DNA of 64,000 nucleotides, from positions 10,744 through 74,743 of the forward strand of contig CAZWRG010000005.1 in NCBI GenBank assembly GCA_964636355.1, in the 5' to 3' direction. The notes beneath the pieces were generated by a model. The model had not been told where the DNA came from, made no database searches, and saw nothing but the letters and a program-made list of their open reading frames with translations. Made by a program: the position numbers and the translations under genes. Every line of letters starts with the position of its first letter. The first letter of the stretch is position 1. The DNA comes from an uncultured Candidatus Saccharibacteria bacterium. GTDB lineage: Bacteria; Patescibacteriota; Saccharimonadia; Saccharimonadales; JAGQNK01. Shown here one piece after another: positions 21,157-30,263 of the stretch.

Positions 21157-22154
21157 TCGATAGCCACAAAATCAAAAGCAAAGTTTTGGCCGCCAGGTGC
21201 CGGGTTGGTGGTACAGATGCTAAATCCTGATGAGGTGCGGTTGATGTACCAATTAAGTCCGCCGGCTGCCGAGCCTACCGGTGTAATTACAACATGTGGT
21301 GTGCCGTTAAACTTATTGGCAAAAGTTATTGTCGCAAAACAGCCAGCGCCTGGGCCGCTACCGGTGTTGATTGATACAGTGCCAGCCGTGTCCGTGCCGC
21401 TAACTGAAGCTGTTCCGCCACCGCCGAGCGCTCCGCCTCTGCTTAATCCTGGAGTTGGGCCGCCAGCATCGATATGGCGAGTAATTGTCAGGTCATTTGA
21501 AAGCTGGAGGGATTGAACGGTGAGTTGAGGAATTGAGACTGGTCCGCCAAAACTACCACCGCCGGCAACAGTTAGGTTTCGCTGAACATTTAAGCCGCCT
21601 TGGATGCTGCCATCACCGTCAACCGAAAGTTGATTGGCCTGAATTTGGTCAAAACTGCTGGTTCCGGATACCGTGATACCTGGCAGATTTAGAGCGTTGC
21701 CAACTTTAATGGTGCCGGCCACGTCGAGGTCATCCCGGACTAATACTTTGCCTGAAAAAATAGCATTGGATTCAATGGCCAAGGTTTGCTTGGGGTCGCC
21801 AACTTTGATTTCTGATTCATTAATTTGTTCTAAGGCCTCTTGAGACAAATCTTGAGAGGTCAGCGTCGGCGGAGCTAGTTCTTTTTTGGTTTGTTGCATG
21901 CTTATAAACACGCCCATAGCCGAAACAATGACAATTAAAATAAAGATCAACAGGTAAATATTTATATGAACGATTAGATCTTTGAGCTTATCAAAACCCG
22001 GCTTTTTGCCTTTGGGTTTGGGATTGTCTGGCGTTTTGTTATCGGTGCCCGGAGAAGCAGCGTCACCGTCCTCTAAGCTTCCGCCGCCGGCAGCATCTGG
22101 CGTGGGGTTATCAAGCGCATTGATCTCATTAGGATCTTGAGCGGGCATCTCCAT
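21153..22154 (-). CDS. membrane-anchored fibre-like surface protein (Gly-rich beta-helix-like repeats, C-terminal lectin-like domain)
   Basis: 333 aa. Pro/Asp-rich N-terminus, TM helix IYLLIFILIVIVSAMGVFI, repetitive V/I-x-G segments, and C-terminus ATITFANKFNGTPHVVITP..SSGFSICTT..FAFDFVAID. Divergent from the downstream surface locus. Confidence 0.65.
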   Translation of the reverse strand: MEMPAQDPNEINALDNPTPDAAGGGSLEDGDAASPGTDNKTPDNPKPKGKKPGFDKLKDLIVHINIYLLIFILIVIVSAMGVFISMQQTKKELAPPTLTSQDLSQEALEQINESEIKVGDPKQTLAIESNAIFSGKVLVRDDLDVAGTIKVGNALNLPGITVSGTSSFDQIQANQLSVDGDGSIQGGLNVQRNLTVAGGGSFGGPVSIPQLTVQSLQLSNDLTITRHIDAGGPTPGLSRGGALGGGGTASVSGTDTAGTVSINTGSGPGAGCFATITFANKFNGTPHVVITPVGSAAGGLNWYINRTSSGFSICTTNPAPGGQNFAFDFVAID

Positions 22155-22246
22155 AGTCGATATTGTGTCCTATTCCTTTACTAAATCATATCAAAAGCAT
22201 AATCAGATTGCACGCAGCTTAGAAATAAGCCAAAATATTAGTAGCC

Positions 22247-22999
22247 ATGAAACGAAAGAAAGTACATCCAGGTGGGGTTCGGCTGATTTATTTATGCTTG
22301 ATGTTAGTTCTGGCATGGCCGGTTTCGGTTTTGGCTCAGAGCTCATCTTCGGATAACTACAAAGTTGATCAGACATTTTTTGGCACAGGCGGTGAAACCG
22401 ACCTTAATTCTGATAATTATCGAGGGCGAGCGACGGTTGGTGAGCTGGGAATTGGCGAAACTTCCAGTTTAAATTACCGGGCTTATGCTGGTTTTAATAC
22501 CACTGATGAGCCGTATCTGGAATTTGTAGTCACTGGCTCAAACATTGATCTGGATTATTTGGACACCAATCAGCCAAAAACTGCTAATGGCAGCTTTTAT
22601 GTTCGGGCTTGGCAGACTAATGGCTATGTTGTTCGAACCGAATCCAGCCCGCCGCAGAACGAGTTTGGCTCTCAGCAGTTGTCGCCATTGGCGATTCCCA
22701 GTAGTTCAGTGCCCGGTACCGAGCAGTTTGGCATAAATTTGGTTGAAAACTCGTCGCCGACGACTTTCGGCGCCAACCCGGTTCAGGTTCCTGATGCATC
22801 TTTCTCGTTTGGTGAAGTAAGCGCCGGCTATGACATTCCTGATAATTATAAATACTCTCAGGGTGATATAATCGCCAGCTCGCCGAGAAGCACCAGTGTT
22901 ACAATCTACACCTTGTCTTATATTATGAACATATCTAAAAATACTCCTTCCGGACAGTACACCTTCAACCACGTCCTAGTGGCCACAGCGACTTACTAG
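22247..22999 (+). CDS. secreted surface-locus paralog 1 (pilin/WxL-like C-terminus)
   Basis: Signal peptide ..LVLAWPVSVLAQS, three S-x-NY-[KR] repeats, PGTEQFGINL..GANP, and the C-terminal strand SGQYTFNHVLVATATY. Confidence 0.75.
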   Translation: MKRKKVHPGGVRLIYLCLMLVLAWPVSVLAQSSSSDNYKVDQTFFGTGGETDLNSDNYRGRATVGELGIGETSSLNYRAYAGFNTTDEPYLEFVVTGSNIDLDYLDTNQPKTANGSFYVRAWQTNGYVVRTESSPPQNEFGSQQLSPLAIPSSSVPGTEQFGINLVENSSPTTFGANPVQVPDASFSFGEVSAGYDIPDNYKYSQGDIIASSPRSTSVTIYTLSYIMNISKNTPSGQYTFNHVLVATATY

Positions 23000-23111
23000 G
23001 TATCTGTGGATAACTTGACGAGGTTTGCTTGTCTTTATAAAACGCTCATGGTACATTTAAGGGGTAAATTCAAAAAACAAAAACAATTTAACAAAAAAGG
23101 AGAACCAATTT

Positions 23112-24359
23112 ATGGTTTTAGCACAAAAGCTAAGACGGCCAAAAGCGCTGGCGATGGCTGCCCTCTTACTGATTTTCAGTTTTATCCCACTTTTTACTAA
23201 TAACAATGTTGACGCTGCAATTCTGTCTAATCGTCAGATTCAAATTAGCAGCTCCGCAGCCAGTGAAGACAATGTTACTTATCACGTGGAGTTTGATTTT
23301 GGTACTAGCGGTAACATTCAGGGAATCGTGGTCGAATTTTGTGCGGAATCTCCAATTATTGAAGATCAGGTCTGTAATGCACCGGCTGGTTTTGACTTAA
23401 ATGGAACCGGCGCGTTAGCAGTTTCTGGCCAATCACCCGGTGGCTTAGGGGTAGCAAACTTATCAACTTTCACCACAGCTGCAACCGATAACTCGGATCG
23501 GACACTAATGCTTACAGCTGCCAGCCCTGTAGCGATGACAGCTGGCAACACTGCTTATTTTGATATCACCTCAGTTACTAACCCAAGCAGCGTGAACACA
23601 ACATTTTATGCCCGTATTTATACCTACGCTACCAACACCGGAGCAACTGGTTATACTTTGGCCGATCCGGGAGCATATATTGATGCTGGCGGTGTGGCGC
23701 TCAGTACTGCTCAGGTTATCGATGTGACCTCTAAGGTTCAGGAACAGTTAGACTTTTGTGTCTACACCTCGGCGATTAATGGTAACTTTAACTGTTCTGG
23801 TGTGAGCTATAACGGCGGAGTAATACTCGGCGACACTAACGGCGTGCTTAGTACCAATGGAGCATATGTTAATAAAGAGACAAACTACAGCGTTGCGACT
23901 AATGCTTCTTCGGGTGTGGCAATTCGGATGAAAGGCACTACCCTAATGTCTGGAGCATTTGATATCACAGCTAACGGTGTGGGCACTCAATCTGGTGCGG
24001 CCTCTAGTCCCGGGACCGAACAATTTGGAATTTGTACCTACCGAGCAACTGCTAGTGATCCTGGCCTAATTCCGGACACTGTTTACGATGGTGACAACGC
24101 CGGCAACACTTCAACTGCCTGTTCTGGAACCACCAATACAGCTGGTACTGGATCAACCGGCGGAGACAACAGCGCATACTTTGCCTTTGATGATAACTCG
24201 ACTGATGGCACAACTTCTTTGTACGGTGACGTTATTGCTACTAAATCAGCGGGAGATTTCTCGGCTGGAACGTTAGCGATGCTTGGAAACGTTGCTTATA
24301 CCACCGAAGCTGGAATTTACACCACAGCACTTACCTTCATAGCCACTGGAACTTACTAA
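23112..24359 (+). CDS. secreted surface-locus paralog 2
   Basis: AGGAG RBS, signal peptide ending NNVDAA, Cys pairs, PGTEQFGIC, and C-terminus TEAGIYTTALTFIATGTY. Close paralog of 24808-26019. Confidence 0.8.
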   Translation: MVLAQKLRRPKALAMAALLLIFSFIPLFTNNNVDAAILSNRQIQISSSAASEDNVTYHVEFDFGTSGNIQGIVVEFCAESPIIEDQVCNAPAGFDLNGTGALAVSGQSPGGLGVANLSTFTTAATDNSDRTLMLTAASPVAMTAGNTAYFDITSVTNPSSVNTTFYARIYTYATNTGATGYTLADPGAYIDAGGVALSTAQVIDVTSKVQEQLDFCVYTSAINGNFNCSGVSYNGGVILGDTNGVLSTNGAYVNKETNYSVATNASSGVAIRMKGTTLMSGAFDITANGVGTQSGAASSPGTEQFGICTYRATASDPGLIPDTVYDGDNAGNTSTACSGTTNTAGTGSTGGDNSAYFAFDDNSTDGTTSLYGDVIATKSAGDFSAGTLAMLGNVAYTTEAGIYTTALTFIATGTY

Positions 24360-24807
24360 AAACAAAACAAAAACTGTCTATTTCACCTGATCATTAAAAC
24401 AAAAGGAGAAAACACTAAAAGAATATAAACCACAAGCTGTGCTCAGCTCGGGACCCCACAAGGTTCTTGCGTATAAAGTATAGCGGATTATAGTTAAATA
24501 GTGTTAATGCTTTTTCTAAAGATTGGTGTGAAATAGATTGAGCACTGACTGACCGCTCAAACGACAATTTAAATATTACAGATCTTTGCCCCTATTTATG
24601 CGGGTGAGCTTTGCTTTTGCTGCTCAGTTTTTGAGCTGCCGGGGGCGGCTCGGACCAATAATTAGGCAAGATCATGTTAAAAAGCACTGCTAAAATAGGA
24701 AGTGCTTATTGGCGTTGTGGAAAGTTCTTGTATAACACCCACTGCTTATGCTAATCTTCTATCTGTAGATATCTTTAACTAAAAGAAACAGATTAGAAGA
24801 GGGGAAA

Positions 24808-26019
24808 ATGGGATTTGTACTAAAAAAATGGCAGCCAAGTCGCATACTTGCAGCGCTACTTTTGATGTTTGCCTCGGTTATGCCGTTATTTAATTTTGAG
24901 AATGTTGATGCCGCGATTTTGCCAAACAGATTGATCCGAATTAGCAGCTCCGCCGCCAGTGCAACAGCTGTTACTTATCACGTAGAGTTTGATATTGGCT
25001 CAACTGGCAACGTCCAGGGGCTGGTAATTGATTTTTGTGACGAAACGCCTATCATTGGCGATACTACTTGTTCAGCGCCGGCCGGGTTTGATTTAAATGG
25101 ATCTGGTTCGGTGGCGGTTTCTGGCCAATCTGATGGAACAGGCGGTACAGCTAATCTAGGTACCTTCACAACAGCAACTACGGCTAACAGTGATAGGACT
25201 CTTATCTTGACAGCTGCCAGCCCTGTAGCGATGACAGCTGGCGATACAGCTTATTTTGATATAACAACTGTAACCAATCCAAGTACCACTAATGAGGCTT
25301 TCTTTGCTCGAATTTACACCTATGCAACTAACACAGCCGCTACCAGCTATACTGTGGCCAACCCCGGATCTTATGTTGACGCCGGAGGTGTAGCTTTAAG
25401 TACGGCTCAGCAAATTACAGTTACCGCCAAGGTGGCTGAGCGACTGGTCTTCTGTGTTTATACAGTTGGAGTTGGCGATGACTGCGAAAACAGTGATGAA
25501 TCAGGCAGCAGTGTAATCCTCGGTGATGATAATGGCGTGTTAAGTCCACTTGGTCCATTTGTAAACCGAGAGGCCAAGTATTCGATTACTACCAACGCTA
25601 GCGGTGACGCGGTCGTGACGTTCAAGGGTTCTACTTTAACTAGCGGCGCAAACACCATAGATGCGATTGGCGCTACTCCAGCAACTGTTACAACCGGCGG
25701 CACCGAACAGTTTGGGTTGTGTGTCTTTGAAGCGGCTGGCAGTGGTATGACAATTGATGCAGTTTATGACGGCGGCGCCGGAGGCGAATGTGCCGGTACG
25801 ACTCAAACAGCTGGTACCACCTCAACCGGCGGAGATAACAGTGCTGAATTTGCGTTTGATGTCACTGAGGCCGCAACAACCTACGGAGATGTTCTAGCCA
25901 CCAAGCCAGCTGGTGATTACTCTACCGGTGTGGTGGTTCTGGCTTCTAACATTGGTAATTCTACCGAAGCTGGCATCTACACCACTGTGCTAACCTTCAT
26001 CGCGACAGGCACATACTAA
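24808..26019 (+). CDS. secreted surface-locus paralog 3
   Basis: Signal peptide ending ENVDAA, GGTEQFGLC, and C-terminus TEAGIYTTVLTFIATGTY. Collinear with paralog 2 along its whole length. Confidence 0.8.
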   Translation: MGFVLKKWQPSRILAALLLMFASVMPLFNFENVDAAILPNRLIRISSSAASATAVTYHVEFDIGSTGNVQGLVIDFCDETPIIGDTTCSAPAGFDLNGSGSVAVSGQSDGTGGTANLGTFTTATTANSDRTLILTAASPVAMTAGDTAYFDITTVTNPSTTNEAFFARIYTYATNTAATSYTVANPGSYVDAGGVALSTAQQITVTAKVAERLVFCVYTVGVGDDCENSDESGSSVILGDDNGVLSPLGPFVNREAKYSITTNASGDAVVTFKGSTLTSGANTIDAIGATPATVTTGGTEQFGLCVFEAAGSGMTIDAVYDGGAGGECAGTTQTAGTTSTGGDNSAEFAFDVTEAATTYGDVLATKPAGDYSTGVVVLASNIGNSTEAGIYTTVLTFIATGTY

Positions 26020-26037
26020 TTTCTTTAGATATGAATT

Positions 26038-27111
26038 ATGCGAAGATGGGCAATCCGAACCTCTTTATACTCTAGGTATATATTAGCCTATGCCCTGTTG
26101 CTAGCTCCTTTAGCAGGCGTCTTTTTTAGCTCAGTGCAGGCAATTCCACAGGTTAAAGATCGGTTTGACCAAATATCTGATTCCAGGCCAAGCGCTATAG
26201 CGACTCACCGATTTGGGTTTGAGTTTACAGACTTCACAAATTCAGTTGGTTCGATTAGTTTTGAATTTTGCTCAAACAGTCCCATCCCTGAAGTTGTCTG
26301 CGAGGCTCCGAATGGTTTTGACGCCAGCGAGGCCGAGCTGGTTAATCAGACCGGACAAACCGGTTTTACCATCAGTGCGGCCGACACCTCCGCTAATAAA
26401 CTAGTCGTAACCCGACCGCCAGCAGTTCCTCAGCCATCCGAAGGTCGCTCGACTTATAGGTTTGATAATATTATAAATCCAGATACCAGTGGTAGTTATT
26501 ATGTACGCATTGAAACTTTTTCCTCTCAGGATGGTTCAGGGGTTGCCTTGGAAGACGGCGGAGTAGTGTTTGTAATAACTCCAGATTTTAATATTTCTGC
26601 AGAAGTGCCGCCCTTTTTGTTATTTTGCGCAGCGGTAACTATTACAGGTAACGATTGTGATTCGGCGACCAGCTTCTTTATTGATCTTGGTGAGTTCTCT
26701 TTATCTGGCCCTAAGGCGGCGACATCAGAAATGCTGGCCGCGACCAACGCTTCTTACGGCTATAACGTTACTTTATCGGGCACCACTTTAACATCTGGTA
26801 ACAATATAATTAACAATCTAACCAACCCCAACCAATCATCGCCGGGCAATAGTCAGTTTGGTCTGAATTTAAGGTCAAACAGCAATCCTTCGATTGGCGC
26901 CAATCCGCTGGGGCCGGGGACGGCCTCAATAACCGCCGATTACAGCCAACCTAACAGATTCAAATTCGTTCCTGGTGAGGCGGTCATATCAACACCGACT
27001 ACTAGTGATTATCGTAAATTTACAGTCAGCTACATTGTCAATATTAGCGACAATCAACCGGCTGGCATTTACGCTACAACCGTGTCATTCGTGGCTTTGG
27101 CTAATTTTTAG
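26038..27111 (+). CDS. secreted surface-locus paralog 4
   Basis: Signal peptide ..FFSSVQAI. The N-domain is homologous to paralogs 2 and 3 (SISFEFCSNSPIPEVVCEAPNGFD). The C-domain is homologous to paralog 1 (PGNSQFGLNL..GANP..VSYIVNIS..PAGIYATTVSFVALANF). Confidence 0.78.
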   Translation: MRRWAIRTSLYSRYILAYALLLAPLAGVFFSSVQAIPQVKDRFDQISDSRPSAIATHRFGFEFTDFTNSVGSISFEFCSNSPIPEVVCEAPNGFDASEAELVNQTGQTGFTISAADTSANKLVVTRPPAVPQPSEGRSTYRFDNIINPDTSGSYYVRIETFSSQDGSGVALEDGGVVFVITPDFNISAEVPPFLLFCAAVTITGNDCDSATSFFIDLGEFSLSGPKAATSEMLAATNASYGYNVTLSGTTLTSGNNIINNLTNPNQSSPGNSQFGLNLRSNSNPSIGANPLGPGTASITADYSQPNRFKFVPGEAVISTPTTSDYRKFTVSYIVNISDNQPAGIYATTVSFVALANF

Positions 27112-27201
27112 GAGTTATGCGATAGTTTTTAAGGCTTTAAACTTATGTTAATATATTCAAATAGAGTTAGAGAAAAGCTGACAAGAGAGGGTTTTTAAGT
27201 T

Positions 27202-28185
27202 ATGAAGATTATGTTCAGACGCAGCGCCGTAATTGTCATGGCCTTAGCGGTGGTGTTTGGCGTGGGCGGTAGTTTGGCGGTTGCTCAAAACGACGCCGCT
27301 GGTAACGGCTTTAGAATTTCACCGGTAAGAAGTGAGTTTGTAATTGAAAAAGGTGCCAGTCAGACGCTTGCGATTACCGTTGAAAATCCTACTGGCGGTT
27401 CAGTGACTGCCCGCGGTGTGGTAAATAATTTTATCGCCAGCGACAAAGAAAATGGCGAGCCGCGTTTGATTTTGGATGAAAATGCGCCGCAGCCGCGCAA
27501 TAACTTTAAAAATCTGGTTGGTGAGCTGCCTGATGTCACCCTTGAGCCGCTCCAGAAAAAAGAAATTCCAGTTAATATTTCTATTCCGGCCGATGCCAGC
27601 TCGGGCGGTTATTATGGGGCAATTCGTTTTCTGCCAGTCGATACCGAGGGTGATGGCAACGTGGCTTTGACGGCCAGTGTTGGTACAATTGTGTTAATCA
27701 GAGTGCCTGGTGATCTTGAAGAAAGGCTGAACCTTACGCAGCTCAGCGCCTCGCAGGATGGCTCAACTAAGAGCTTTTTTACAGGTGGTGATGTTAGCGT
27801 AGCGACTCGCTTGGAGAATGTTGGAAATATTCATGTTCAGCCATTTGGTAAAGTGCATGTTAAGGATATGTTTGGAAATGTTGTTCAGGAGTTTGAGCTA
27901 AACTCTACCGAACCGCGGGCTAACATTCTGCCGGATAGTATTCGTCGTTTTGAAAATGATATTGATAAGCCTGATCGCGGCTGGTTTGGTCGCTACACAA
28001 TCACCGCTAATATTGGTTACAGCCAAGGCAGCGGTGACTTGATCACTGCTTCTTCGAGCTTCTGGTATCTGCCAGTGTGGTTTTTGATCGTGCTGCTTGT
28101 AGTTATTATCCTGATTGTCGGCGGTGTGTTCTGGTTTATGAACCGCCGAGGGCGCGGTAATCGTCGTTCCATTCGACGCTTCTAA
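27202..28185 (+). CDS. DUF916/DUF3324-like cell-surface protein (WxL-locus partner type) with a C-terminal TM anchor
   Basis: Signal peptide, then two Ig-like-looking halves (FRISPVRSEFVIEKGASQTLAITVENPTG.. and ..VATRLENVGNIHVQPFGKVHV..). SGGYYGAIRFLP, and a C-terminal TM helix plus basic tail NRRGRGNRRSIRRF. Confidence 0.65.
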   Translation: MKIMFRRSAVIVMALAVVFGVGGSLAVAQNDAAGNGFRISPVRSEFVIEKGASQTLAITVENPTGGSVTARGVVNNFIASDKENGEPRLILDENAPQPRNNFKNLVGELPDVTLEPLQKKEIPVNISIPADASSGGYYGAIRFLPVDTEGDGNVALTASVGTIVLIRVPGDLEERLNLTQLSASQDGSTKSFFTGGDVSVATRLENVGNIHVQPFGKVHVKDMFGNVVQEFELNSTEPRANILPDSIRRFENDIDKPDRGWFGRYTITANIGYSQGSGDLITASSSFWYLPVWFLIVLLVVIILIVGGVFWFMNRRGRGNRRSIRRF

Positions 28186-28239
28186 GATCCGACCATTTAA
28201 TTAAACTGCTTGAGCTTATAGACGTAAGTCCGTAAACTG

Positions 28240-29136
28240 ATGTATAAGATGCGTGGCAAAAAACTACTGGCGGTCTTGGCTTTTTGGTTCAGTTTGTTTG
28301 TATTGGGTCTCGGTACAATTTATGCCCAAGTGGAAAATCCTAAAAACGGTTCGGTTGGTATGGAGGGCAGGATATCTTCGCCGCCGCCAACCAGAGGCGC
28401 AACAATTAGTTTGCCATCTAATGGGCAGACTTTCACAACTTTGCCGGTGACAGTCAGTGGTTTGTGTCCTGATGATCTGCTGGTCAAATTGTTTAAGAAT
28501 AATGTTTTTGCCGGTAGTACGCAGTGTAAAAACGGCAGCTACTCACTGATTATTGACTTGTTTAGCGGCCGAAACGAACTGGTGGCCAGAGTTTTTGACT
28601 CTCTAGATCAAGCCGGGCCTGACTCTAATAAAGTTTCGGTTACGTTTAATGACGCACGTCCTGGGGCCAGCTCTCGTCCCACATTAACCAGTAACTTCGC
28701 CAAATTGGGTGTTAATCCTGGTCAGCAGTTAACTTGGCCAATTACTTTATCTGGTGGCTCGGGGCCATATGCCGTCAGTATCGATTGGGGAGATGGCAGC
28801 GCAGCCGAGCTTAGGAGTCTTGGTTTTGCCGGACCATTTGATATCAAGCATGAGTACAAGACGCCCGGTGTTTACACGATCATAATCAAAGTCACCGACA
28901 GAGACAGCGCCACGGCTTATTTGCAATTAGTTGGAGTGGTTAATGGGCCGTTAAGCCAGGAACAAATTGATGCCGAAGCGGCCGAGGCCGCGGGCGGCAG
29001 CGAAGAAAAGCGGGTTATATTATGGCAGCCGGCAGCAATCATGATTCCTTTTCTAGTTAGCACCTTTTGGCTCGGTAGGCGTTATGAGCTTAAATTTCTC
29101 AAGAAAAAGATTGAGCGCGGTGAGCGTCCATTTTAG
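28240..29136 (+). CDS. PKD-domain surface protein with a C-terminal TM anchor
   Basis: Signal peptide, Ig-like region, PKD signature LSGGSGPYAVSIDWGDGS...HEYKTPGVYTIIIKVTDRDS, and TM helix AAIMIPFLVSTFWLG near the C-terminus. Confidence 0.75.
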   Translation: MYKMRGKKLLAVLAFWFSLFVLGLGTIYAQVENPKNGSVGMEGRISSPPPTRGATISLPSNGQTFTTLPVTVSGLCPDDLLVKLFKNNVFAGSTQCKNGSYSLIIDLFSGRNELVARVFDSLDQAGPDSNKVSVTFNDARPGASSRPTLTSNFAKLGVNPGQQLTWPITLSGGSGPYAVSIDWGDGSAAELRSLGFAGPFDIKHEYKTPGVYTIIIKVTDRDSATAYLQLVGVVNGPLSQEQIDAEAAEAAGGSEEKRVILWQPAAIMIPFLVSTFWLGRRYELKFLKKKIERGERPF

Positions 29137-29170
29137 CTGGATTAAGCTAAAGATGTTATAATAACTTGAT

Positions 29171-30247
29171 ATGTCTAAAACGGTTTTTGTTGGTCTAAGT
29201 GGTGGCGTTGATAGCTCAGTTACAGCTGCTCTTTTGAAGGAGCAGGGCTATAAAGTTGTCGGCGTTTATATGAAAAACTGGAGTCAGGATTTACCTGGCA
29301 TGCCCTGTCCTTGGAAAGATGACTACCAGGATGCTAAGCGCGTAGCCGTGCAGCTCGGGATTGATTTTAAAATGTATGATTTTGAAACTCAGTACCGCAG
29401 CAAGGTTGTTGGCTATATGGTGGATGGCTACAAAGCTGGCCGGACACCAAATCCGGATATCATGTGCAATCAAGAAGTTAAGTTTAAGCTATTTTTAGAA
29501 ACTGCCTTAGAAGACGGCGCCGATTTAATTGCGACTGGTCATTATGCCCGGACTAAGTCCGTGCCAGCTAAAAGTAAAAAGTCGAAAGCAGAAAGTCGAC
29601 TACTAAAAGCCAAGGACGATAACAAAGATCAGACCTATTTTTTGTACCGAGTTACTGAAGACGCGTTATCTAAAACACTTTTCCCGCTTGGTGATTACAC
29701 TAAACCAGAGGTTCGTAAACTGGCCGAAAAGTTTGGCTTAATTACCGCCAAAAAGAAAGAATCAATGGGAATTTGTTTTGTCGGCAAAGTTGGTATTAAA
29801 GATTTTCTTAAACATGAACTTGGTGAACAGCAGCCCGGTGATATCATCGACCAAAACGGCACAGTGCTTGGCCAGCACGAAGGAGCGATTTTCTATACCA
29901 TTGGTCAGCGGCACGGCCTGGGCGTTGGGGCTGGTTTGCCGTACTACGTTGTTGGTAAAGACATGAAGAAAAACCAGGTTTATGTTACCACTGACTTGTC
30001 GGACAACAGACTTTGGCGGAATAAAATAAACCTCACCGATACTAATTGGATAAATGGTGCCCCAGAAGACGGTACTAATTTGCAGGTTAGGACCCGGCAC
30101 CGCGCTCCGCTAATTGACGGCACTTTAGAGATTGATGGCGCTAAGGTCTCGATAAATCTATCTGAAGAAATTCGAGCCCTCACACCCGGCCAGTCTGCCG
30201 TTTTGTACAAAGAAGACCAAGTCCTCGGCGGCGGCATTATTATTTAA
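29171..30247 (+). CDS. mnmA: tRNA 2-thiouridine(34) synthase
   Basis: PP-loop GLSGGVDSSV, NPDIMCN, TGHYAR, DQTYFL and ESMGICF motifs. Confidence 0.92.
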   Translation: MSKTVFVGLSGGVDSSVTAALLKEQGYKVVGVYMKNWSQDLPGMPCPWKDDYQDAKRVAVQLGIDFKMYDFETQYRSKVVGYMVDGYKAGRTPNPDIMCNQEVKFKLFLETALEDGADLIATGHYARTKSVPAKSKKSKAESRLLKAKDDNKDQTYFLYRVTEDALSKTLFPLGDYTKPEVRKLAEKFGLITAKKKESMGICFVGKVGIKDFLKHELGEQQPGDIIDQNGTVLGQHEGAIFYTIGQRHGLGVGAGLPYYVVGKDMKKNQVYVTTDLSDNRLWRNKINLTDTNWINGAPEDGTNLQVRTRHRAPLIDGTLEIDGAKVSINLSEEIRALTPGQSAVLYKEDQVLGGGIII

Positions 30248-30263
30248 GTAAGGTCACCTGCTA

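Noticed and set aside
23006-23200. A 64-aa ORF upstream of and overlapping the start of paralog 2.
   Set aside because: It overlaps the well-supported start (AGGAG RBS plus signal peptide) of the 23112 gene in another frame. It is basic and low-complexity, so probably spurious.
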